A program made the position numbers and the translations under genes. From positions 12,422 through 76,421 of the forward strand of contig CAYMCP010000001.1 in NCBI GenBank assembly GCA_964388965.1: DNA of 64,000 bases, read 5' to 3'. The DNA is from an uncultured Thiotrichaceae bacterium (lineage in GTDB: Bacteria > Pseudomonadota > Gammaproteobacteria > Beggiatoales > Beggiatoaceae). The notes beneath the pieces are model-generated. The model was not told the origin of the DNA and searched no databases. It saw nothing but the letters and a program-made list of their open reading frames with translations. Position 1 is the stretch's first letter, and the number at the start of each line of letters is the position of its first letter. This document shows, piece after piece, positions 1 to 9,467 of this stretch.

Positions 1-117
1 ATTCAGCATAATGGATTACTTAATTTATTGCCACCATTAATGACGGCTGCCTTATTTTTTGGGATGGTTAGTGGTTTAATTGCAGCTAATGTTTTGAAGC
101 ATTTGCAAAATATTTGA
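1..117 (+). CDS. 3' end of a CDS cut by the window edge; hydrophobic C-terminal segment of an unidentified membrane protein
   Basis: Frame 1 is open from base 1 to TGA at 115-117 (IQHNGLLNLLPPLMTAALFFGMVSGLIAANVLKHLQNI*). Too short to assign a family. Confidence 0.3.
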   Translation: MQHNGLLNLLPPLMTAALFFGMVSGLIAANVLKHLQNI

Positions 118-394
118 TGTTTATAGTGATTATGCTAAATCGTAGATAACTGCAAAAATAATGTTTTTGATAATGCTAAATATCACTATTTAGAGTTGTA
201 AAGTAAGCAGTGTGTTCTACACTTATATTAGATAGTGCTAATGTAAATTTGACTAAGAAAAGGTGTGTTTATAAAACTAATAGTTGTCCTTTTTGAGTCA
301 AAAAACAGCATGATGTAACACAATGATTCTAAAGGCTTAAAAATCATATTGATCAAATGAGTAGTACAAACACCAATGAGAGGAGATAACAATC

Positions 395-883
395 ATGATC
401 AGCAACCATATTCACCGTTTTTGTTATGCCAGTACCGCAACAGAAAAATGTACTTCTTTGCAAGTTGGTAGCATTTTACAATCTGCTTGTCGTAGAAATG
501 TAGAATTAAATATTACTGGTGCATTATTTTTTGGTAATGGTTATTTTTTGCAATTTTTAGAAGGTGGACGGGGAAATATTAATACCCTATATAGCAAATT
601 GCTGCGTGATGATCGTCACACCAATTTGCAAGTGTTGGAATTTAAAGAAGTCGATGGACGTTATTTTGAAGAATGGTCAATGAAATATATCCATTTTCCG
701 TACATAATCGAAAAAATCTTGCGGGAAACTGGATTAGAAGAATTTAATCCTTATTTATTGGATGGTTATGCTGTCAATGCGATGGCGGATGCGTTTCGTA
801 ATCACTACGATCCAGAGGTACCGCAACCACAAAAATTACATAAAAAATCTACTTTCTTTGATTTCTTTGCAGTAAAAGCTTAA
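395..883 (+). CDS. Short BLUF-domain blue-light (FAD) photoreceptor, copy 1
   Basis: AGGAGA at 381-386, 8 nt before ATG 395. BLUF signature residues are present: Tyr in RFCYAST, Gln in GYFLQFLEG, Trp-x-Met in EEWSMKY. The ~160-aa size matches PixD/BlsA-type short BLUF proteins. Confidence 0.85.
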   Translation: MISNHIHRFCYASTATEKCTSLQVGSILQSACRRNVELNITGALFFGNGYFLQFLEGGRGNINTLYSKLLRDDRHTNLQVLEFKEVDGRYFEEWSMKYIHFPYIIEKILRETGLEEFNPYLLDGYAVNAMADAFRNHYDPEVPQPQKLHKKSTFFDFFAVKA

Positions 884-922
884 CGTACTTTGTCTTTCGA
901 TATTTCAGGAGACAATTTTACT

Positions 923-1399
923 ATGATTTACCGTCTTTGCTATGCTAGTACAGCAACTGAAAAGTGTCCTTCGCTACAGATAGGGAATATTTTGCAATCT
1001 GCTTCTGAACGGAATGTACAATTGGGTCTTACTGGTGCATTATTTTTTGGTAATGGTTATTTTTTGCAATTTTTAGAAGGCGAACGGCATAACATTAATT
1101 TTCTATACGATAGATTACTGCGTGATGATCGCCATACCAATTTGCAAGTATTAGAATGTAAAAAAGTTGCAGAGCGATATTTTGACGAATGGTCAATGAA
1201 ATATATTCATTTTCCTTACGTGATTGAAAAAATTTTGCGAGAAACTGGATTAGAACAATTTAATCCTTATTTATTAGATGGTTATGCGATTAATGCGATG
1301 GCGGATGCGTTTCGTAATCACTACGACCCTGATGCAATAGGCGCACTTAAAAAGCGTAAAAAATCGAATTATTTTAGCTTTTTTGGTATGAAAGGATAA
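923..1399 (+). CDS. Short BLUF-domain blue-light photoreceptor, copy 2 (tandem paralog)
   Basis: The ORF track starts at TTG 890. ATG 923 is preceded by AGGAGA (907-912) and aligns with the start of copy 1. Same BLUF Tyr/Gln/Trp-x-Met residues; about 75-80% aa identity to copy 1 by eye. Confidence 0.85.
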   Translation: MIYRLCYASTATEKCPSLQIGNILQSASERNVQLGLTGALFFGNGYFLQFLEGERHNINFLYDRLLRDDRHTNLQVLECKKVAERYFDEWSMKYIHFPYVIEKILRETGLEQFNPYLLDGYAINAMADAFRNHYDPDAIGALKKRKKSNYFSFFGMKG

Positions 1400-1564
1400 A
1401 TTTTCTAGTTTTTGTTTTAAGAACAAATCTTGTCAAAAAAAATGATGTATTTGTGCAATCTTATTGTTGAAAAATAAGCATACTATACCAAAATCCACTA
1501 GTGGCTTTGTGAGGTATACAAAGTTGTGTTCTAAATTCCCACTCATTTAAAAAGGATGTATTTC

Positions 1565-2149
1565 ATGGCTTTTGAACTACCTGCTTTACCTTATGCAATT
1601 GATGCTTTAGCACCGCATATTTCTCAAGAAACGTTAGAATTTCATCACGGTAAGCACCATCAAACCTATGTGACAAACTTGAATAATTTGATACCCGGTA
1701 CCGAGTATGAAAGTTTGTCTTTGGAAGAAATTATAAAAAAAGCACCTGCTGGCGGCGTATTCAACAATGCAGCTCAAGTATGGAATCATACTTTTTATTG
1801 GAATTGTTTAAGCCCAAATGGCGGCGGTGAGCCAAAAGGTGCGCTAGCTAACGCAATTAATAGTGCTTTCGGTTCTTTTGAGCAATTTAAAGAGGCTTTT
1901 ACTAAAACATCTGTCACAACATTTGGTTCTGGTTGGGGCTGGCTTGTGAAAAATGCTGATGGTAGCTTGGAATTAATGAGCACTAGCAACGCAGGCACGC
2001 CTATGACAGAAGGTAAAATCGCATTATTAACCTGTGATGTTTGGGAACATGCTTATTATATTGATTATCGCAATGCCCGTCCTGCTTATTTAGAAGCATT
2101 CTGGAATTTAGTGAATTGGGAATTTGCCGCCCAAAATTTTGCTGGATAA
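1565..2149 (+). CDS. sodB: Iron superoxide dismutase
   Basis: [12 protein letters not shown]-terminus (ATG 1565, AAGGA 8 nt upstream; the track start 1556 adds 3 aa). Motifs [17 protein letters not shown] and DVWEHAYY are typical of Fe-SOD. Confidence 0.92.
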   Translation: MAFELPALPYAIDALAPHISQETLEFHHGKHHQTYVTNLNNLIPGTEYESLSLEEIIKKAPAGGVFNNAAQVWNHTFYWNCLSPNGGGEPKGALANAINSAFGSFEQFKEAFTKTSVTTFGSGWGWLVKNADGSLELMSTSNAGTPMTEGKIALLTCDVWEHAYYIDYRNARPAYLEAFWNLVNWEFAAQNFAG

Positions 2150-2165
2150 AATACTTAAAAATATT

Positions 2166-2223
2166 AAGATTGCTCTAAATTGAATTATTATGAAAAATTT
2201 AATTTGAGCAAATCTTATTTTTA
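2166..2223 (+). terminator. Long imperfect hairpin plus T-tract downstream of sodB
   Basis: aagattgctc (2166-2175) pairs with gagcaaatctt (2206-2216, one bulge). The intervening AT-rich arms also pair, and attttt follows. Confidence 0.55.
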
Positions 2224-2393
2224 GATTAAAAATATCATTAATTTAAATAATGGCGGTCCTGTAGTGTATTTTAAAATCGGTGAAAATGGCAGACGATCCT
2301 GTAAAAACGCAGATTCTAGCCTTGAAAAAATATTCTAAATGCCCACTTACATGCTCAAAAATCTCATAATTTTATTAAATGGAGTCGTAATGT

Positions 2394-4307
2394 ATGAAAA
2401 AGTTTCTGACCACTTCAGGGTTGATGATCGGGTTGGCGTTATTTGTAGCAATCAATATCTTGAGCAATACAACTTTAAAATCATTTCGTTTGGATTTGAC
2501 AGAAAATAGCCTGTATACCTTGTCAGAAGGCACGAAAAATATTTTAGCTAATCTTGATGAACCGATTACACTCCGTTTTTATCTCTCTGAAAAATTAGCG
2601 ACACGATTACCGGGTATCAATACTTACGCAAATCGTGTTAAAGAATTGTTAGAAGAATATCAACGTTATGCTGGCAATAAATTGCGTTTGGAAATCATTG
2701 ATCCCGAACCTTTTTCTGAACAAGAAGATCGGGCGGTCGGCTATGGTTTGCAAGGCGTGCCATTGGACACTAGTAACACAAGCTTTTATTTTGGTTTAGT
2801 CGGCAGCAATGCTGTTGATACCGAAGAGACGATTACTTTTTTTCAGCCAGATCGTGAAGCATTTTTAGAGTACGATGTCAGCAAATTGGTGTACAACTTA
2901 GCAAATCCTAAACAGCCTGTTATGGGCATAATGAGTAGTTTACCCATTCAGGGTAGTTCAAATCCTTTCATGCAAAATACCAAGCAGCCGATTATGATTG
3001 TAGAGCAACTACGACAACTGTTTGAGGTGCGCACATTGGAAACAACGGTTTCTCGTATTGATGCCGATATTGATGTGTTGATGGTAGTGCATCCTAAAGA
3101 TTTATCCGATAACACATTGTATGCGATTGACCAATTTGTATTGGCTGGTGGACGTGCGATGATTTTTGTTGACCCTTACGCAGAAACGGATACACCGCCG
3201 CAAGACCCACAAAATCCATTTGCTAATGTGAATGCGCCACGTCACTCTAATTTGGCAAAGTTATTCGACCAGTGGGGAATTGAATTATTACAAGATAAAG
3301 TGATTGGAGATATGAATCTTGCGCAACGGGTACAAATTCGTAAAGATTCACGCGCAATAGTAATTGATTATCCGGTGTATATGGATTTGAATGCAGCAGA
3401 ATTATTTAGCTCGAATGACATGGTTACAGGCGATTTAGGTAATGTCAACGTAGCGACAGCAGGTAGTTTGACCCATAAAGAGGGTGCAAGTAGTGAAATG
3501 ATAGCGTTAATGATGACTTCAAGCCAAGCAATGGCAATTGATAGTAGTAAACTTGGCATGTTTGCTGACCCTGAGGCAATTGTGCAAGATTTTAAACCTG
3601 AGCAACAGTACACTTTAGCGGCGCGTATTACGGGTAAAGTTAAAACGGCATTTCCCGACGGTAAACCTGTAAAATCTACAGAATCTAATAAGGAAGAGGC
3701 ATCCTCTCCAGAAGAGTCTACTCTCCCGCATTTAGCTGAATCAAAAGGTAGTATCAATGTGATTGTGGTTGCGGATACTGATTTATTACAAGATCAATTT
3801 TGGGTACAGGTGCAGAATTTCTTAGGTCAACGGATTGCGATACCTTTGGCTTCTAATGGTGATTTTGTAACCAATTCGATTGAGAGTTTAATGGGTAATA
3901 ATGATTTGATTAGTGTACGCAGTCGTGGTAGTTTCACGCGACCATTTACCAAAGTTGAAGAAATTCAAAAAATGGCAGAGCAACGTTTTCGTGAAAAAGA
4001 GAAAGAATTACAAGCGCGTTTAGAGCAAACTGAACAAAAATTAATCGCGCTCCAAAATCAAAAACAGGGTAATAGTGCATTATTATTAAGCGCGGAGCAA
4101 CGTGAGGAAATCGAGCGTTTCCGTCAACAAAAAGTCCAAATTCGCAAAGAATTGCGCGACGTACAACATCAATTACGCAAACACATTGAAATCTTAGAAA
4201 GTCAAATGAAATTTGTTAATATTGGTCTTGTTCCACTATTTATCGCCATAGGTGGTATTGGTTTAGCCTTTTACCGCCGCGAAAGAAAAACCTTGAAACC
4301 TGCGTAA
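2394..4307 (+). CDS. GldG-like auxiliary component of an ABC-type (gliding-associated) transport system
   Basis: N-terminal TM segment followed by RLDLTENSLYTLSEGTKNIL...ITLRFYLS, characteristic of GldG/ABC_transp_aux. Has a C-terminal coiled coil and a TM anchor. No gldA/gldF-like ABC genes are adjacent. Confidence 0.75.
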   Translation: MKKFLTTSGLMIGLALFVAINILSNTTLKSFRLDLTENSLYTLSEGTKNILANLDEPITLRFYLSEKLATRLPGINTYANRVKELLEEYQRYAGNKLRLEIIDPEPFSEQEDRAVGYGLQGVPLDTSNTSFYFGLVGSNAVDTEETITFFQPDREAFLEYDVSKLVYNLANPKQPVMGIMSSLPIQGSSNPFMQNTKQPIMIVEQLRQLFEVRTLETTVSRIDADIDVLMVVHPKDLSDNTLYAIDQFVLAGGRAMIFVDPYAETDTPPQDPQNPFANVNAPRHSNLAKLFDQWGIELLQDKVIGDMNLAQRVQIRKDSRAIVIDYPVYMDLNAAELFSSNDMVTGDLGNVNVATAGSLTHKEGASSEMIALMMTSSQAMAIDSSKLGMFADPEAIVQDFKPEQQYTLAARITGKVKTAFPDGKPVKSTESNKEEASSPEESTLPHLAESKGSINVIVVADTDLLQDQFWVQVQNFLGQRIAIPLASNGDFVTNSIESLMGNNDLISVRSRGSFTRPFTKVEEIQKMAEQRFREKEKELQARLEQTEQKLIALQNQKQGNSALLLSAEQREEIERFRQQKVQIRKELRDVQHQLRKHIEILESQMKFVNIGLVPLFIAIGGIGLAFYRRERKTLKPA

Positions 4308-4317
4308 CTAAGAAATC

Positions 4318-4352
4318 GGCAGTTCTTTTATGCGAGGGCTGCCATTTTTTTA
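4318..4352 (+). terminator. Weak hairpin plus T-run after the gldG-like gene
   Basis: GGCAG (4318-4322) pairs with CTGCC (4339-4343), followed by ttttttt. The stem is short and the loop large. Confidence 0.35.
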
Positions 4353-4507
4353 TTTCAACAGAACGCAAAATAAGCTTACTTTTTAGCTTTAGAAATTTGG
4401 TGTCATTGGGGCGCAAATCGGTCAAATTTCTCCTACCTTCAGATTTTGAATTCATATCATAATTGACCGCTTAGGATTAAAAATGGCACTGGACATACCA
4501 TCTTCAC

Positions 4508-4843
4508 CTAATGGCTTAAACGCAATGGATATTCTGGCCATTTGGATTTTAACTCATGAAAACGCTGTTTTGCTTGGGCAACTTCAGCGTAACGGCTACC
4601 CAATCCTTTGGTACGCCAACCATTGGTTTCGTCTGACCACTCGCTCACCGGCGAGCCTCCACCAAAATCGAGCAAAATAACATAGCCTTCAGTTGCTTGT
4701 TTTGGCAATTCAATATCTTCCACATAGTGGATGTCAATGCCTAATGGTTTCATTTCTTCTGAAAGAGAATACACTTCTTTTTCCTGTGTTTCTTGCTCTT
4801 TTTCCAAAGAATCTAAACGTTTTAATAGTTCACTATAACTCAT
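4508..4843 (-). CDS. Hypothetical protein (111 aa), no family recognised
   Basis: GGGAGA RBS 6 nt upstream of the ATG on the minus strand. N-terminal coiled-coil-like segment. The overlapping + strand ORF 4483-4680 has no RBS. Confidence 0.5.
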   Translation of the reverse strand: MSYSELLKRLDSLEKEQETQEKEVYSLSEEMKPLGIDIHYVEDIELPKQATEGYVILLDFGGGSPVSEWSDETNGWRTKGLGSRYAEVAQAKQRFHELKSKWPEYPLRLSH

Positions 4844-4986
4844 AACATTTCTCCCAATGTCAAAAAACTCTGAATCGCTTTATTCCTCGCATGAATTGTG
4901 CTTTTTTATTATACAGCAAGCATTAAGCATGATAAGCCCATTGGTCGATTTTTAAATCATTACTAGTGAAAATTTGTACTGCTTGT

Positions 4987-5125
4987 ATGACGCTGGTGCG
5001 TTAGTGGTTAATTCTCGCACTGTGTAGAACGAGATTTTTCCTTGTGACAGTGCACTGCGTCGTCACCCAATTGGACATGCCAGCGTCCTACAACATTCGT
5101 GAAGTTTAAAATGAGAATGGCTGAG
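4987..5125 (+). repeat. REP-like GC-rich palindromic element, composite copy A
   Basis: Contains tgacgctggtgcgt (4988-5001), gtgtagaacgagatttttccttgtgac (5022-5048), hairpin units 5044-5066 and 5073-5088, and the tail tacaacattcgtgaagtttaaaatgagaatggctg. These modules recur at 34.6, 43.9, 45.8 and 48.4 kb. Confidence 0.8.
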
Positions 5126-5129
5126 TCAT

Positions 5130-6950
5130 TCATGTCATTTCTGGTACTAAAGTTTTTAAAATCTGTAAAATAGACGCTTCATCATATATTTCACAAGCTT
5201 GTTGCATTTGTGCTAATAAATCTTGCGTGCGTTGCCAATGATTACTACGGTGTAAGGCGAGAAAAATTTTTTGATGTTGTGTTTTAGCAAATTCCTCTTC
5301 GTGATGAAATAACTCCTCATGTAATTTTTCACCAGCACGTAATCCAGTATATTCAATTTTAATATCTTGATCGGGGATTTTGCCTGATAAACGAATCATT
5401 TGCTCTGCTAAATAACGGATTTTTACTGGTTTACCCATATCTAATACAAAAATTTCGCCGCCTTGACCCATTGCAGCCGCCTGCAAAATTAACTGACACG
5501 CTTCAGGAATAGTCATAAAATAACGTGAAATGTCGGAATGTGTTACCGTAACGGGTCCACCTCGTCGAATTTGCTGCTTAAATAAAGGGACAACACTCCC
5601 CGCAGAACCAAGTACATTACCAAAACGTACGGTAATAAATTGTGTATCAGTACGCTCATTCAGACCTTGACAATACATTTCTGCTACTCTTTTCGTCGCA
5701 CCCATTATATTGCTTGGATTGACAGCCTTATCAGTGGAAATCATCACAAAAGTTTCACAATGATGTGCGCTCGCTAAATCTGCTAAACGTTGTGTGCCTA
5801 TTATATTGTTATAAACTGCTTGACGTACTTGATGTTGCAACATCGGCACATGCTTATAAGCCGCAGCATGAAAAATGATTTGTGGGCGATAATATTGCAA
5901 AACGTGTGTAACCGTCGCTTTATCGGTAATATCCCCCAAACAGGCTTGTAATATCAAATTGGGAAACGTTTGGCGTAATTGCAACTCAATTTGATACAAA
6001 TTAAATTCAGAGCGTTCAAAAATAATTAATTGTTGCGGGTTTAATTTGGCGACTTGCCGACACAATTCCGAGCCAATCGAACCACCGCCACCAGTTACCA
6101 TCACTGTTTTTTGCTGCAAATTGGTTTGAATCACCTGCCAGTCAAGTTCAATTTTAGCTCTTCCTAACAAATCATCAATTGCAACATCTCGTAATGCAGT
6201 CAAGTCTACTTGTCCATTCATCACATTATCCAATTTAGGTAATGTTCTAAATGTGATTTGGCTTTGCTCGCATAACTCGACGATGCGTTGCATTTGTTCA
6301 TCAGTGGCAGAGGGAATAGCAATTAAAATCACGTCAATATCTAATTCTTTCACAATGTTTGGTAAGTCATCAATTACGCCTAATACTGGAATACCGTGTA
6401 ATTTCCCCCCTAATAATTGCTTTTGATCGTCTAAAAATCCAACTGGTAAATAGCCATATTTCGGTGTACGCACCATATCACGTACCAACATATCACCTGA
6501 AGTACCCGCGCCTAAAATTAATACTTTTTGTTGATCTTTTGGTATATAAAAAAGATTAAATGAATGCTCATACCACAAGCGATAAGCAAGACGTGGAATA
6601 CCCCAAAGCATGACAAGAATAAAAGGGTAGAGCAGTAATGAAGAACGCGGGATATTTTCTAAACGTATTAAAATAAATAAAATTAATGCGATAATCAATG
6701 TGCCCAGAAAAGCTATATTTATCATTAAACGCACATCGTGCATACTGACATAACGCCAAATTCCACGCTGCAAACCATTACGCCAAGCAAGCCACACTTG
6801 TACTGCCATAACAATAGGAAACATATACACGACTGCAAAATCTTCGTTATTAGGTTGAAAATTATAACGAATTAAAATTGCTAGTATCCATGCCAACCCT
6901 GCCATAACAGCATCGTGGAATAAGATGGATAAATGGTGGAGACGAGACAT
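5130..6950 (-). CDS. Membrane-anchored polysaccharide biosynthesis protein, CapD/WbpM/PglF-type UDP-sugar 4,6-dehydratase
   Basis: Four or so N-terminal TM segments. Two Rossmann motifs (LILGAGTSG and VMVTGGGGSIGSEL). Overall CapD-like layout. Its start overlaps the upstream gene's stop (TAATG). Confidence 0.85.
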   Translation of the reverse strand: MSRLHHLSILFHDAVMAGLAWILAILIRYNFQPNNEDFAVVYMFPIVMAVQVWLAWRNGLQRGIWRYVSMHDVRLMINIAFLGTLIIALILFILIRLENIPRSSLLLYPFILVMLWGIPRLAYRLWYEHSFNLFYIPKDQQKVLILGAGTSGDMLVRDMVRTPKYGYLPVGFLDDQKQLLGGKLHGIPVLGVIDDLPNIVKELDIDVILIAIPSATDEQMQRIVELCEQSQITFRTLPKLDNVMNGQVDLTALRDVAIDDLLGRAKIELDWQVIQTNLQQKTVMVTGGGGSIGSELCRQVAKLNPQQLIIFERSEFNLYQIELQLRQTFPNLILQACLGDITDKATVTHVLQYYRPQIIFHAAAYKHVPMLQHQVRQAVYNNIIGTQRLADLASAHHCETFVMISTDKAVNPSNIMGATKRVAEMYCQGLNERTDTQFITVRFGNVLGSAGSVVPLFKQQIRRGGPVTVTHSDISRYFMTIPEACQLILQAAAMGQGGEIFVLDMGKPVKIRYLAEQMIRLSGKIPDQDIKIEYTGLRAGEKLHEELFHHEEEFAKTQHQKIFLALHRSNHWQRTQDLLAQMQQACEIYDEASILQILKTLVPEMT

Positions 6951-7564
6951 TAGCGAATAAATACCCGTTGCAGCGTTTTTAAAATAAGTTGTATATCTAA
7001 CAATAAGCTACGTTCGTTTACATATTGCTGATGATAGGCTAATTTGATAGGTAAAATTTTTTGAATATAATCTACTTCGGGTTGGTGCGAGGTGGCTAAT
7101 AATTCACTTTCATCCTTAAATTCAATAGAAGCATTATCGGTAATCCCAACTGGCACAGATAGAACAATATTTTTAATTTCATCAGGATAATAAGCAACAT
7201 ATTCAGGTACTTCTGGGCGCGGTCCTACTAAACTCATATCACCTTTCAACACATTAAATAATTGTGGTAATTCATCAAGTTTGTATTTACGCAGAAAGTA
7301 TCCTGAACGTGTAATGCGTCGATCTTGACCGACGGTAAGTTTTAAACCGCTATTATTCACTATCATGGTGCGAAATTTTATAATTTTAAATAATTTTCCA
7401 TGCTGTCCGACCCGGGTTTGCAGAAAAAAAATTGTACCTCGACTATCCAACTTTATCCAAATTGCGATCAAGATTAATAATGGACTGAGTACAATTAATC
7501 CTACGATGACAAAAAATAAATCAAAAATACGCTTGGCAATCATTTCTTGCTCAACAAAAAACAA
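6950..7564 (-). CDS. Small bacterial sugar transferase (undecaprenyl-phosphate sugar-phosphate transferase, PglC/WbaP C-terminal type)
   Basis: [33 protein letters not shown]...FKIIKFRTM...[21 protein letters not shown] are hallmark motifs of PF02397. The start may be the Met 7 codons downstream. Confidence 0.85.
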   Translation of the reverse strand: MFFVEQEMIAKRIFDLFFVIVGLIVLSPLLILIAIWIKLDSRGTIFFLQTRVGQHGKLFKIIKFRTMIVNNSGLKLTVGQDRRITRSGYFLRKYKLDELPQLFNVLKGDMSLVGPRPEVPEYVAYYPDEIKNIVLSVPVGITDNASIEFKDESELLATSHQPEVDYIQKILPIKLAYHQQYVNERSLLLDIQLILKTLQRVFIR

Positions 7565-7661
7565 ATGAAGCTGGCTTTTATAATAGATATATCGTTTAGA
7601 CGCAAGTAATAAAAATGATGTATGGCAGTTCTCAATTTAAAATCCTGTATCCGTAGTAATT

Positions 7662-9299
7662 TTACCGTTTAGATTCGTTAAATTTATAATAATATTGTAA
7701 TTGTTGTTTAAGACTTTGTCCAAGCTCATTATTTGGATTTAATGATATACCTTTTTCGGCAGATTTTAATGCTTGTTCAAATTGACCTAATCTCCCCTGA
7801 ATCAAAGCTATTTTAAAATAAACATCATCTAAACCTGCTTGCGTTTCCGCTTGTCCGATAATTTTTTTAAAAAAATGTAATGCAATCTGCAATTGACCAA
7901 GTTGTAAATAACTATTCGCAAGACCATAATCGCAACGAATACATATCTCATTTTTCGCTGCAATTTGGCGATAATAATAAATCGCTGCTTGATAGTTTTC
8001 ATGCTCAAAATAAGCGTTTGCCAATGAATCTTGAATATAAATCTGATTTGGATAAATTTGGTTAGCTGCGTGCCATAAATGTAAATTATCTTTCCAAATA
8101 TTACGTTGCTGTTGAGATAAATTAATAAAACTTAGCATCGTCATGAAAACGATAATAATTGCTGTTAATTGTAAATATTGATGACAATGCTGACATAATT
8201 TAACCATGCCAATACCTAATAAAATATAAAACCCAACCATCGGTAAATAAACAAATTTATCTGCACCAGCAATTTCTGGATTAAATGTAATCATATTCAG
8301 CGTTGGAAATAGGCTAATTAGAAAAATTAACCATACCATCAAGAGGATAGATTGTTTATATTTGATATAAAGATAAATTAAAACGCTATTCAATATGATA
8401 AATGCTATCATGGGATAAATATTAATTTTATCAGGAAATGGATAATATGGTGATAAGTTGATGGGAATAATAAATTTAGTTAGATAAAACATAGTTATTT
8501 CAGCCGCATTAAATAAACGCTCTATTAAACTTAACGTTGTCATATCCACAATGCGATCTTTGACTAAATGTGCATAAAAAGCCATGCTAGCAGTTAATAT
8601 TGCTAATCCCCAAAATGGTAATTTTTCTAACACGACATAACGAACAAAATGCTTTCGCGTTATGATACGTTGTAATAAAAATAGGTCTAAAATCAACAAA
8701 ATAACTGGAATAGTCATCGCAATGGGTTTTGTCATTGCCGCCAGAGCAAAACTGATAACTGCTAGGCTATAATGAATTTTTGCACTAGATTGGCTATAAT
8801 GTAGATAAAACCAAATTGTCGCTAAAATAAAAAATAAACTTAATACGTCTTTACGTGACGCAATCCACATGACAGGTTCAACGTGTTGTGGATGAATTGC
8901 AAATAGAAGTGCAGCAATGGCGGCTGCTAAGTGGATATGTTTAGTAGAAAATGTAGCAATAGGTTTGATTTTTAATAAAAATAATGTAATAAAAAAAATC
9001 CAAATGCTGTTTAATGTATGTAAAATAATGTTATTTAAGTGATAAGCAAATGGATTTAATGATGAAATTTGATAATCTATCGCATAAGATAACCACAGCA
9101 CCGGTGCCCATACCGCCGCATGAATTGCTGTAAACATCCAATATACATTATCTAAATTGAGTGAGTAAATACGTGGATTTTGAACAATATACGCGCCTTC
9201 GTCCCATTGTACATAATCATAGTAAACGCCTTGCCAATACATGAGCAAGGTCGTGAGTGCGAGCGAGCCTGCAAAAAAACTTAATTGTAGTTGTTTCAT
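7662..9299 (-). CDS. Polytopic membrane protein with C-terminal TPR repeats, GT-C (PMT/TMTC-like) glycosyltransferase candidate
   Basis: About 10-12 hydrophobic segments. The N-terminal YDYVQWDEGAYIVQNP motif resembles bacterial TMTC/DUF1736-type proteins. The C-terminus has TPR-like repeats (AIYYYRQIAAK..., ALHFFKKII...). Confidence 0.55.
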   Translation of the reverse strand: MKQLQLSFFAGSLALTTLLMYWQGVYYDYVQWDEGAYIVQNPRIYSLNLDNVYWMFTAIHAAVWAPVLWLSYAIDYQISSLNPFAYHLNNIILHTLNSIWIFFITLFLLKIKPIATFSTKHIHLAAAIAALLFAIHPQHVEPVMWIASRKDVLSLFFILATIWFYLHYSQSSAKIHYSLAVISFALAAMTKPIAMTIPVILLILDLFLLQRIITRKHFVRYVVLEKLPFWGLAILTASMAFYAHLVKDRIVDMTTLSLIERLFNAAEITMFYLTKFIIPINLSPYYPFPDKINIYPMIAFIILNSVLIYLYIKYKQSILLMVWLIFLISLFPTLNMITFNPEIAGADKFVYLPMVGFYILLGIGMVKLCQHCHQYLQLTAIIIVFMTMLSFINLSQQQRNIWKDNLHLWHAANQIYPNQIYIQDSLANAYFEHENYQAAIYYYRQIAAKNEICIRCDYGLANSYLQLGQLQIALHFFKKIIGQAETQAGLDDVYFKIALIQGRLGQFEQALKSAEKGISLNPNNELGQSLKQQLQYYYKFNESKR

Positions 9300-9467
9300 A
9301 TTTTGTCATGTTTTTATTGTGTTAAGAGGGGATTAGAATGATTCAGCAAGGGTAGACAAAACGCAGCATCATACGCCTTACTGAATTTGGTTGGAATGCT
9401 TAGACATGACAACGTGCAGAATTTATCTATTAGATACAATTGACTACGCAATGTTATCCTAGCCAAT

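Noticed and set aside
890-922. TTG start at 890 for the second BLUF gene, which would add 11 aa (MSFDISGDNFT).
   Set aside because: ATG 923 has its own AGGAGA RBS and aligns with the N-terminus of the first paralog. The extension starts only 7 nt after the upstream stop and has no RBS.
3368-3757. 129-aa minus-strand ORF inside the gldG-like gene. The same applies to other antisense shadow ORFs: 1795-1998, 6359-6559, 6568-6759, 7365-7568, 7880-8065, 11432-11760, 14763-15005, 16272-16526, 18887-19552, 20767-22591, 26338-26550, 27035-27334, 28982-29904, 30541-30735, 33141-33377, 37589-40748, 41877-42558, 44648-44926, 46145-46366, 49177-49471, 50423-50662, 51510-51782, 52388-52573 and 58329-58643.
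   Set aside because: All lie within or opposite CDSs that have strong family signatures. They have no RBS and show low-complexity or Cys/Ser/Leu-rich composition typical of antisense translation of AT-rich genes.
4483-4680. 65-aa + strand ORF overlapping the 4508-4843 minus-strand gene.
   Set aside because: It has no RBS, while the minus-strand ORF has GGGAGA at the correct spacing and is longer. Only one of the two can plausibly be real.
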